DNA from: Chiloscyllium plagiosum
Taxonomy: Eukaryota
Direction of reading: 5' to 3'
Assembly: GCF_004010195.1 (NCBI RefSeq)
Contig: NC_057720.1
Span: 34,654,453-34,718,452 of the forward strand
Length of the DNA stretch: 64,000 bases
The notes beneath the pieces were generated by a model. That model did no database searches. It was given only the letters and a program-made list of their open reading frames with translations, and was not told the DNA's origin. Shown here piece by piece: positions 49,362 to 60,320 of this stretch (position 1 is its first letter; each line of letters begins with the position of its first letter). The position numbers and the translations under genes are program-made.

Positions 49362-50360
49362 TAGAGTCATAGAAACATGGAGATGAACAGCACAGAAACA
49401 GACACTTCAGTCCAACTCGTTCATGCCGACCATAAACCCCAACCCAATCTAGTCCCACCTGCCAGCCCCTGGCCCATATCCCTCCAAACCCCTCTAATTC
49501 ACAAACCCATCCAGATGCTTTTTAAATGTTGCAATTGTACCAGCCTCCACCACTTTCCCTGGAAGCTCATTCCATACATGTACCACCCTCTGTGTGAAAA
49601 GGTTGCCTCTTAGGTGTCTTACCCCTCTCACCCTAAACTTATGCCCTCTAGTTCTGGACTCCCTGACCCCAGAGAAAAGACTTTATCTATCCTATCCATG
49701 CCCCTCATGATTTTGTAAACCTTTATAAGGTCACTTCTCAGACTCCAACGTTCCAGGGAAAACAGCCCTAGCCTATTCAACCTCTCCCTATAGCTCAAAT
49801 CCTCCAAACCTGGCAACATCCTTGTAAATCTTTTCTGAACCCTTTCAAGTTTCACAACGTCTTTCCGATAGGAAGGAGTCCAGAATTGCACGCAAATTGC
49901 AACAGTGGCCTAACCAATGTCCTGTACAGCCACAACATGACCTCCCAACTCCTCTACTCAATATTCTGACCAATACCAAATGCCTTCTTTACTATCCTAT
50001 CAACCTGCGACTCCACTTTCAAGGAGCTATGAACCTGCACTTTGCTCAGCAACACTCCCTAGGACCTTCCCATTAAGTGTATAAGTCCTGCTAAGATTTG
50101 CTTTTCCAAAATGCAGCACCTCACATTTATCTAAATTAAACTCCTTCTGCCACTTCTCAACCCATTGGCCCATCTGATCAAAATCCCATTTTAACCTGAG
50201 GTAGCCTTCTTCACTGTCCACTACACCTCCAATTTTGGTGTCATCTGCAAACTTACTAACTGTACCTCTTATGCTCACATCCAAATCATTTATATCAATG
50301 ACAAAAATTAGAGGACCCAGAACCGATCCTTGTGGCACTCTACAGGTCACAGGCTTCCAT
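49362..50360 (-). mobile_element. CR1 3' fragment, same subfamily as 1460-3176, inserted into a Penelope-derived repeat
   Basis: VPQGSVLGP..KFADDTKIGGVVDSEEGY..LERVQKRFTRMLPGL; Penelope terminal-repeat pieces on both sides (~49300-49361, 50361-50400). Confidence 0.93.
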
Positions 50361-50533
50361 TTTCAGTGCAGATTCCAAGATCTGCAGTAATTTGCTCTTA
50401 TGTTTTGACTTCGTACGATGATATAAAGCAGGTGATGGTGAATGTATAATTCTCCACTGTTGTATGTGCTACCATGCCAACCAATAGAAAAGTTCAGCAG
50501 GTCTGGCAGCATCTGTGAAGAGAAATCAAAGTT

Positions 50534-50563
50534 AACATTTCAGGTCTGATGACCTTTCCTCAG
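50534..50563 (-). ncRNA. Minimal hammerhead ribozyme motif (family D terminal repeat, ~50485-50565)
   Basis: Minus strand reads CTGAGGA-A-AGGTC-ATCA-GACCT-GAAAT-GTT with a perfect 5-bp stem II; related motif at 18467-18500 (-). Confidence 0.65.
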
Positions 50564-52199
50564 AAAAGTCAAAAGTGATTGGGATTGTTTGTTGCTACCA
50601 TCCTTTTTCCTTAACTTCTTCTGGCGGCCCAGTTGGTTTACTGTGGTGGAGGAAAACCAATTCTTGAGTCTCAAGAAAAAGAGGTTATTGTCTTAAACAT
50701 ACATTTATTGTATGTTAACAATCAAGTAGAACTTATACCAGTAAATTGTACATTGATACTAAGATTATTAGGAGACCAATAGTCTGTTTGCTTTGAAATC
50801 CTAAACTGTTTGCCATTCTCCACCCAACTTCTTATGATATTATCAGATTAGTTGGAGCCTAATACAGTTTCCAACATTAGCACTTTCAGAACCGTAGCCT
50901 GACATTATATCTGCAATAACAATAAAGATCAATAACTTATTATCACTTCTTTATATCCCATACAAAGTCTGCATCTACCCTGTTAATTGAACAGTCAATA
51001 TTGTTTATTTCTCTCAAAGTGACTTAAATTCTTCATGGCTGTATTAGGGGAAATTCTGGAAACAGAAGGGGAAAAAGTTTGTGCATTAAATATTCTTTTT
51101 GCAATCTATCTGTATTTGGGAAGCTCAGGTACATTGTTTGGAGGGAGGGGTCATCTCAGCATGCAGTCATCTCTCATACTGTACATGCTATTAAAAGAAT
51201 TCCCCTCAGTCCAATATCAACAAGTTCATGATGGTGAATTGGATGATGTGGTTCTAGATGATCTCCTTTAATTCTGACACAGAAGATCAGCAGATACATA
51301 CAGTCATGGCATTGTGTCAATAGAAGACCAGAGAATTGAGTGAGAGTTGACAGTCCTTTATATCACAGTCTGTTCAAATGGCAGATCAATGGTTAATGCA
51401 GTGCCAGTTTTAACACTCACTGTTGGCACAATTAGAATCAGTGGGTAACAGTCTTAACCTGATACCAAAGTTGATACAACACTTGAGGAATATAACTTTC
51501 CCTGTCATTTAACGCCCCTTTCCCAATACATGCTGCTTTGATATTATTTGTAATATGTTTTATTTTTCAACATTCAGTATGTAATTATTTTTAAGTTCCG
51601 GGTAGCTACCCAAGTTTGGAATTTATTCTTTGTTTTATTTTCTATTAACCTCCAGATTTTATGTGAATGCCTACAAGATGTATGTAGATTATGTGAATTT
51701 TATGTAACAACTTCTGACCAAAAAGCTGCTGTTCCCAAAAGATAGATTTGGATATCATATATTACTTCAGAAGGAACATCAGTCATTATAAATTTAAGGC
51801 TGCATCTTGTGCTGCCTCCCAACGTTTGTGCTTGAACTTCAAAGAAAAACTCATTCAACCTATAACCTTTAATAATGGTACTTCGTACTGTATTTCACTG
51901 TAATAAACTTAAATTAACCTGTCATTTGTGCTAACATCTTGCATGTAGGAAATAGTTATTTTTTTCTGTACATTCATCAGATGCGAGTGTCGCTGGCTGG
52001 CCAGCATTTCTTGCTTGTCCCTAGTTACCCTTGAGAGGTGGCATTGAGCTGCCTTCTTGAACAGTTGCAGTCCACTTGGACATATTTTCAAGTTAGCATG
52101 GTGAGAGGCGTCAAGAACAACTTACAGGTGGTTTTTTCATGTGTCTGCTGTCCTTGTCCTTCTACCACTTCATTGTAGTAGTCATGGGTTTATCTTGAG

Positions 52200-53612
52200 A
52201 GAATCCTGGACGAGAACTCCCAAGTCTCTTTGCACTTCAGATTTCTGAATTTCCTTCCCCATTTAGAAAATAGTTTATTTCTCTATTCTTCCTACCAAGG
52301 TGCACGACCTCACAATTTCCCATGTTGTATTTCATTTGCCAATTTTTTGCCCACTCTGCTAACCTGTCTAAATCTTTCAGCAGCCTCCCCACCTCCACAA
52401 CACTTCCTGCCTCTCCACCTATCTTTTTATCATCTGCAAACTTAGCCAGAATGCCCTTAGTTCCTTCATCTAGCTTTAATTTATAAAGTGAAGAGCTGTG
52501 GCCCCAATGCTGGCCCTTGTGGAACATCACTTATCACCGGCTTCCATCCTGGAACATCCTTTTTTTCCTCAATCTCTGCTTTTTGCCAAACAGCCAATAT
52601 TCTTGTGCTTTGCCTCTAAACACCGTGGACCCTTATCTTACTTAGCAGCCTCCTATGTGGCACCTTATCAAAGACATCCTGGAAGTCCAGATAGATAACA
52701 TCCATTGGGTCTCCTTGGTCTAGCCTGCTAGTCACCTCCTCAAAGAATTCTAACAGATTTGCCAGGCATGAACTCCCCTTGATGAAACCATGCTGGCTTG
52801 GCTCTATTTTAGAAATATTCAGAAATCTCATCCTTCACGCTGGACTCCAAAATTTTACCAATGACTCAGGACAGGCTAATCAGCCTATAATTTTCCATCT
52901 TTTGCCTTGCTCCCTTCTTAAATAGAGGTGTTACGTTAGCAATTTTCCAGTCCTCCATGACTCCAGTGATTCCTAAGAGATCAATATTAACACTTCCACT
53001 ATCTCTTCAGCTATCTCCTTCAGAACTCAAGGGTGTAACCGACCTGGTCCAGATGATTTATTCACTTTCAGACCTTTCAGTTTTTCTAGCACCTTATCCT
53101 TGGTGATGGCCACTCTACTCATCTCTGCCCCCACCCCCGACTCCCTTGAATGTTTGGGATATTACTCGTGCCTTCCATGGTGAAGACTGACATGAAGTAA
53201 TTATTCAGTTCCTCAGCCATTTCCTTGTTACCCATTACTACTTCTCCAGCATCACTTTGCATTGACCCAGTGTTCACTTTTGCCTCTCTTTTGCCTTTAT
53301 ATATCTAAAGAAATTCTTGAATTCTTTCCTAATACTCCAGGCTAGCTTACCCTCATATTTAATCTTCTCCCTCCTTATTTCTTTCTTCATTGTCCCCTGT
53401 TGGTCTTTGTAGGCTTCCCAATTCTCTGGCTTCCCACTGCCCTTCCCCACATTATATGCTTTCTCTTCAGCTTTTATGCTGTCCCTGACTTCCCTGGTCA
53501 GCCATGGTTGCCTCATCCTCTCTTTAGTATGCTTCTTTTTCCTCGGTATGAATTTTTGTTGGGTCTTTTGAAATACTCCCAGAAACTTCTGCCATTACTG
53601 TTCCACTGTTCA
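52200..53612 (-). mobile_element. Canonical CR1 ORF2 internal fragment nested in the older LINE
   Basis: RQPWLTREVRDSIK, SQHGFIKGSSCLANLLEFFE..YLDFQDVFDKVPH, KFADD. Confidence 0.9.
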
Positions 53613-54572
53613 TGTTTGAACCAAGGCTATAATGAGGTCAGGAACTGAGTAGCCCTGGCAGAATCCAAGCAGGGCAGGTTATTACTGAGCAGCTACTGCT
53701 CGACAGCACTGTTGATGACAATGCCCATCACTTTACTGATGCTTGAGAATAGACTGATGGAACAGTAATTGGCTGGGTTGGATTTGATCTGCTCTTTGTG
53801 CATAGGACATGGCTAAGCAAGTTTTCACATTGTCAGGTAACTGTGCTGGAAAAGCTGATGAGAAAGCGGCAAGTTCTTGATCACAAGTCTTCAGTACTCT
53901 TGCCAGAATGCTGTCAGGGCCCATAGCTTTGCAGTATCCAGTGTCTCCAACCTTTTCTTGGTATCACATGAGTGTTTCAAATAGGCTGAAAACTGGCATC
54001 TTTGATGCTGGGGACTACTGGAGGAGGCTGAAATAGATCATCCACTCGGCACTTCTGGCTGAAGATTGCTGTGAATGCTTCAGCCTTTCATTTTGCACTG
54101 TTGTACTGGGCTCTTCCATCATTGAAGGTGGGGATATTTGTGGACTCTCCTTCTCCAGTGAGTTGTTTCATTGTTCACCACCATTCATGACTGGAGGTGA
54201 CAGGGCTGCAGAGCTTGGTTCTGATCTGTTGGTTGTGGGCTTACTTGGCTCTGTCTATCACTTACTGCTAGTTCTGTTTGGCACGCAAGTAATCCTGTTA
54301 GATAGTTTCCACCTCATTTTTAGGTATGCCTGGTGCTGCTCCTGGCATGCATCCCTGCACTCGTCATTGAACCAGGGTTGATCCCCTGACTCGATGGTAA
54401 TGGTTGAGTGGGTGATATGTCGGGCCATAAGGTTGCATATTGTGCTGGAGTACAATTCTGTTGTTGTTGATGGCCCACATCACCTCATGAACATTCAGTC
54501 TTGATTTGCCAGATCAGTTCAACGTCTGTCCCACTTAGCACAGTTATAGTGTCACACAACACAATGGAGGTT

Positions 54573-54921
54573 ATTCATAGATTCATAGAATCTCTACAGT
54601 GTGGAATCAGGCCTTTCGCCCCACAAGTCCACACCGACCCTCCGAAGAATAACCCAGACCCATTCCTCTACCCTATATTTACCCCTGACGTAATGCAGCT
54701 AACCTACACATCCCTGAACACTATGGGCAATTTATCATGATCTATTCACTGAACCGGCACACCTTTAGTTTGTGGGAGGAAATCAGAGCACCCAGAGGAA
54801 GCCCATGCAAACACAGGGAGAATGCACAAACTTCACACAGACAGTCACCCAAGGCTGGAATCGAACCTACTCCCTGGTGTTGTGAGGCAGCAGTGCTAAC
54901 CACTGAGCCACTGTGCCACCC
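54573..54921 (-). mobile_element. V-SINE nested in the older LINE
   Basis: Homologous to 17548-17853; LINE sequence resumes on both sides. Confidence 0.9.
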
Positions 54922-55954
54922 CATTCTCAACATGAAGGCAGGGCTTCATCTTCACAGGGACTGTGCAGTGGTCATTTTTACTCTTACTGTCATGGACTGA
55001 TACATCTGCAGCCAGCAGATTGGTGAGGATGAGGTTAAGTGTATTTTATCCCTCTTATTGGTTCTCTCACCACCTGCTGCAGACCCATTCTAGCAGCTAT
55101 GTCCTTTAGGGCCTGACTAGTTCAAATAATAGCGCTGCTGTTGAGCCACTCTTGGTAGTGGACATTGAAATCCCCACCCAGAGTATATTTTGCACACTTG
55201 CCATCCTCTGTGCTTCCTGCAAGTGTTGTTCAACATGGAGGCATTCTGATTCATCAGTGAAAGGAGGGCAGTACATGGTAAGCAGCAGGAGGTTTTCTTG
55301 CTCACGTTTAACCTGAAGCCATGAGACTTCATGGGGTCCAGTGTCAATATTCAGAACTCCAAGGGCAACTTCCTCCCAACTCTATACTACTGAGGCATCA
55401 TCTCTGCCGAGTCTGTCCTGACAATGGGACAGGACATATACAGGGATGGTGATGGTGATGTCTGGGACATTGTAAGGTATGATTCTGTGAGTATGACTAT
55501 GTCAGGCTGTTGCTTAACTAGCCTTTGAGACAGCTGTCCCAATTTTGGCATGATGTTAGTAAAGGTGACTTTTCAGGGTCGACAGGGCTGTTTCTGACAT
55601 TGTCTTTTCCAGTGCCTAGGACAATGCCAAGTGGTCCATCCGGTTTCATGTCTTTGAGATTTCATAGTAATTGATACAACTGAGGTGCATGCTAGGCCAT
55701 TTCAGTGGGCAGTTGAGAGTCAAACACATTGCTGTGAGTCTGGAATCACATGTAAACCAGACCAGATAAGAATGGGAGATTTCCTTCGCTGAAGGACATT
55801 AGTGAACCAGTTTGAGTCTTGTATGTAAGGAATCAATGCTTAAATAATCCTGTCACTTAGTTCTGAAGATTTGATTGTGTCAGAAGAAGAAATTCAAAGG
55901 GTAATAGAGAAATGTTAAATCTGAGCAGAGCATTAAATATTTCAAAGTATACAT

Positions 55955-56130
55955 ATCGAAACAGAAACAGAAATTGTTGGAAAAGCTCAGCAGGAAGCTC
56001 AAAACTGAGGAAGGATCACTCAACCTGAAATGATAACTCAAAATTTTCTCTACAGATGCTGCAAGACCTGCTGAGATTTTCCAGTAATTTCTGTTTTTGT
56101 TTCTGATTTACAGCATCCACAGTTCTTTTG
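55955..56130. mobile_element. Palindromic Penelope-derived element (family D)
   Basis: cagaaacagaaattgttggaaaagctcagcagg / cctgctgagattttccagtaatttctgtttttg with a decayed ctgagga..gaaa core. Confidence 0.75.
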
Positions 56131-56881
56131 ATTTTTATACGTATATAAACTTTATTTTTATTGTCGGTCATTTGCATTATGTCATTTTTCATTTGCATTC
56201 TGTACAACTATTAATGGTGCAAAATAAGACTATTACAATTACCTTTCAAAGCATATTTATAAAACACACTAATTGTTAATCCTCTGCATATAAAATGCCA
56301 TTAAGGCACTGACATTTCTATTACCCTCAGCAGTGAATAAATTATGAGGTGGGAATGGATGATGTGGTTTATGTGGTTTCATCTGAGATAACTAATCTTC
56401 TTCAGGAAACTCCAGCAAACAAGTGGCTAATTTGTGACCCCAAAGAATGCACTAAACAGTTTAAATGTGCTCATGTAGCTTATATATGGAGTATTTTATT
56501 TTTCTCAGGGGTACGTAATTGATTAAATTGCTTAACATTGTATTTTGACTCGGTGTACTGAGAAGGTCTCCTTTTCATAACTAAAAGGACTTTACTTCAA
56601 ATGAGGCATATTAGCAACTTATGTTCCTTGGGAGAATTTCCAGCAAATTGAGATGAATGCTTGTTTGAGAGGGTATGGAATTAAAGCAAGGTATCAGAAT
56701 GAGACGTTAAATGTATATATTATTATATATATATATATAATAGAGTCAGAGAGTCAAACTGCACAGAAACGTACACATCGGTGCAACTCGTCCATCCCGT
56801 TAGTGAGTTGAAAATAATGACAGCAACGTTTCTATTTGTGGGTTCACACCATATGCCTTTTACACATTGGCAGAACTTCAC

Positions 56882-57070
56882 CTCCTGATTCTCCTTTTGG
56901 AAGCTGTGCAGCAGTTGCAGGAGGTTACTGCTCTTGCTGGGCTTGCCAGTAACATAATTACTGTCTCCTTGTGCAGTGTATTCAGAGTAATACTCAGGCC
57001 ACAAAAACTCCAGTAATGGTGTTCTGCATGTGGAATACATCATTATCTCTTTGGCAATGGCTGGTTTCAT
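56882..57070 (-). other. Candidate first coding exon, 63 codons (MKPAIAKEIMMYSTCRTPLLEFLWPEYYSE...FQKENQE)
   Basis: ATG-initiated open frame in repeat-free DNA ending at a phase-0 GAG|GTGAAG donor-like site; no homolog recognised. Confidence 0.25.
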
Positions 57071-58324
57071 GACTTCAGTTCATTACCCATGCACCCCTGT
57101 GCACATGTATACGAACCGGTCTACACAAGTAATTTGTGAGAGTAGATAAAGCAGAGATTTTGCTGCCTGCATTGCTCAAGTGGAGCCCTGAAGTATCTAA
57201 CAAAATACATTAAGATTCACCCTGATCTGGTGTATATTGCATAGTTTTTTTTTGTTGACAATGTTTCAGTGCAATTTTGACAGGACGGTCAGATAATTTC
57301 ATGCAAGACTGCAACATACTGATCAAAATTTGCCTTTACCTGGTTAGCCTTAATGCAGCTTTATAAAAGCATTGAATGTGAAATTAAGTGCACTTGTCAT
57401 TGCAATGACATCTTTTCAAAGTGCACAGATCTGCAAATTCTGACAGGTTGCGATGATAATTGTATGAAAGTAGTGATTGCTCACAATTGACTTAGACTAT
57501 CAAACAATAATATAAATTGTAAAAGTGAACAAAATTGGTTCAAATTATTATTAACCCAGAGAATGAACCAAAACGTTTGTCTACTCTTGCTGAAGAAGTG
57601 ACTTATTAATTCCACAACAGACCTAACTGACAAGAAAGGAAAATGCTTGATTACCACCTCTAGCTTTAAACACCACAGAATGATAATCCATCCACACCCC
57701 AGAGAAAGTGAAAATATCATTTTATGTTGAGTAACACCAATTAAAAATTAGTATTGGAAAAATCTATTGCAGAAGTTCCTGCACTACAGAGCATCAAAAG
57801 CACTTTTCTCAATGAAAGCACAACACTATATAGGGCTCACCATATGTTTGCTATTATAATCCATGCCCCCCTCTAATTCTGTGCCATTTCCCTTCCAAAG
57901 TTTAGGTTGCCAAACCAGATTTAAGTTGAACATGCTTGTGAAATACCTTTTATTCTATATGATAACATTTTATTTCACACATGAATAACTTACCTTTGTT
58001 GAATGTTGAATTCTTCATGCATACCTCACACTATTCCATTCTATACAGTTCATTACTCTTATTGTGTGGCCTCTAATAGTTGTCAAATCTTGCAGAGCAT
58101 GCATTTTGCATCTGGGAAATAAGTTATCATGTAAATACAGGGGCTTAGGTTTGAATAATCAGTATCAATAATATGGGACAAACTGTAGAAAGGTTTTTGC
58201 TGTGACTCAAAAAAGATGGTTTTTGAGTTAACCCAGAGTATAACCAAAACCTGAAGAAGACACCAGTAATGAATATCTCACAGTCTCATGATCCAGTTGA
58301 GCAGATACTGATTACAGATGCAGA

Positions 58325-59285
58325 CCTGGATGAGAGTGTAGAAGGATGGGTTAGTAAATTTACGGATGACACTAAGGTTGGTGGAGTTGTTGACTGTGCC
58401 AAAGAATGCTGCAGGTTACAGAGGGACATAGATAAACTGTAGAGCTGGGCTGAGGGATGACAAATGCAGTTTGATGCGGAAAAGTATGAGGTGATTCACT
58501 TTGGAAGGAGCAATAGGAATAAAGAGTACTGGGCTAATGGTAAGATTATTGGTCGTGTAGATGAACAGAGAGGTCTCGGTGTCCATGCACATTGATCCCT
58601 GAAAATTGCTATCCAGGTTAATAGGGTTGTTAAGAAGGCAATATGGTGTGTTAACTTTTATTGGTAGAGGAATTGAGTTTTGGAGCCATGAGGTCATGTT
58701 GCAGCTGTACAAAACTCTGGTGCGACTCCACTTGGAGTGTTGCATACAGTTCTGGTCACTGCATTATAGGAAGGATGTGTAAGCTTTGAAAAAGATTCAG
58801 AAGCGATTTATTAGGATGTTGCCTGGTATGGAGGGAAGGTCTTATGAGGAAAGGTTGAGGGACTTGAGGCTGTTTTTTAATGAAAAGAAGGTTGAGAGGT
58901 GACTTAATTGAGACATATCAGATAATCAGAGGGTGAGATAGGATGGACAGTGAGAGCCTTTTTCTTCAGATGGTGATGGCTAGCACGAGGGGGCATAACT
59001 TAAAATTGAGGGGTGATAGATATAGGACAGATGTCAGAAGTAGTTTCTTTACTTAGAGAGTAGTAGGGGTGTGGAACACACTGCCTGCAACAGTAGTAGA
59101 CAGTAGTAAAATTTTTAGATCCTCAGACTCATCAACTTTACAGGCATATAAATGGTCATTGGATAAACAAATGGATGAAACTGGAATAGTGCAGTATATA
59201 GGCTTCAGATTGGTTCCACAGGTTTGCACAACATTGAAGGCTGAAGGGCCTGTATTGCGCTGTAATGTCCTATGTTCCATGATTA
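58325..59285 (+). mobile_element. CR1 3' fragment (RT C-terminus to tail)
   Basis: agtaaatttacggatgacactaag (KFxDDTK), cagttctggtc, gaagggcctgtattgcgctgtaatgtcctatgttccatg. Confidence 0.9.
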
Positions 59286-59549
59286 TTAGCTGTAGCTGTT
59301 CTGATAAAATTTCTTACCTTAATTTGTAATATATATTCAAAAAATTATGAGAGAGATGATGAAAAAGAGTCAGCAACAGGAAGACTGGCCTTCCCTGCTC
59401 AATGGACATAGGGACTTGAACGTACAAGTTCACAGATGATTAAAGATTGAACCTCAAGTTGATCAGGCTGGAGAAAAGCTAATTGAGTTCTAGGTTTTGT
59501 ATGTAGGTTTTTGTGGCATAGAATGAAAATTCGAGAGGTAATTCTGAGA

Positions 59550-60320
59550 CAGAAGAAAACAGTCACAGCAGTAGCTCATTTTCTGTCCTTGAGGCTGCTT
59601 TACTCCTTATAAGATCCTGGCTGATCTGATTGTGGCCTTAACTCCACTTTCCTCCCTGGCAGCCAAAACTCTTCTCTCATTTGTGGATCAAAAATCTGTC
59701 TCACTCAGCTTTGAATATATTCAAAGATCCAACCTGAACTACGCACGAGGGGAGAGAATTCCAAACCCAACAATGAGAATTTCCTCCCTATCTCTATCTA
59801 AAATGGAAGGCACCTTATTTTGAAACAAGTGGGAGCATCCTCTCAGAATCTACCCTTCAGGTCCTCTTACAATCTTAAATGGTATCTTATATCTCCTAAA
59901 ATGTCCTGTCATTCTTCTAAACTCCAATGAGAGTATGCTAAGCCTGCTCCATCTTTTCTCATAAGACAATTCCTTTACACCAGAAATCAACCTAGTGAAC
60001 TATCACTGTCGCTGCTGCCAATGAGAGTCCATCCCTCCTGCAGGAGACCAAAACTGTGGACAGTACTTCGGGTGAAGTCCTATTCAGTGCCCTGTACAGC
60101 TGTAGCAATATTTCCCTGCTTTTACAATTTAGTCTTCTTGCAATCATGGCCAATGTTCCATTTACCTTCTTAATTAACATGCTAACCTCAGTGATTCATA
60201 TGCAAGGACTTTAAGATCCCTTTGCATGCCAATGTTCTATGGTTATCTCTATTTAAATAATATTCTGCTTTTAAATTATTTCTGCCAAAGCAGACAACTT
60301 GACATTTTATCCATTCTCCC
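59550..60320 (-). mobile_element. Old CR1 3' fragment
   Basis: IKKVNGTLAMIARRLNCKSREILLQLYRAL; CR1-like 3' UTR near 59560-59700. Confidence 0.75.

Larger units (their letters stand above)
51958..55810 (-). mobile_element. Internally deleted ORF1-less CR1-clade LINE (EN-RT) hosting nested CR1 and V-SINE insertions
   Basis: Minus strand: SINE-like 5' segment 55690-55810, then EN (PKLGQLSQRLVKQQPDIVILTESYL), GDQPWFNDECRDACQEQHQAYLKMR, MGPDSILARVLKTC, and a 3' tail at 51958-52195. Confidence 0.85.
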
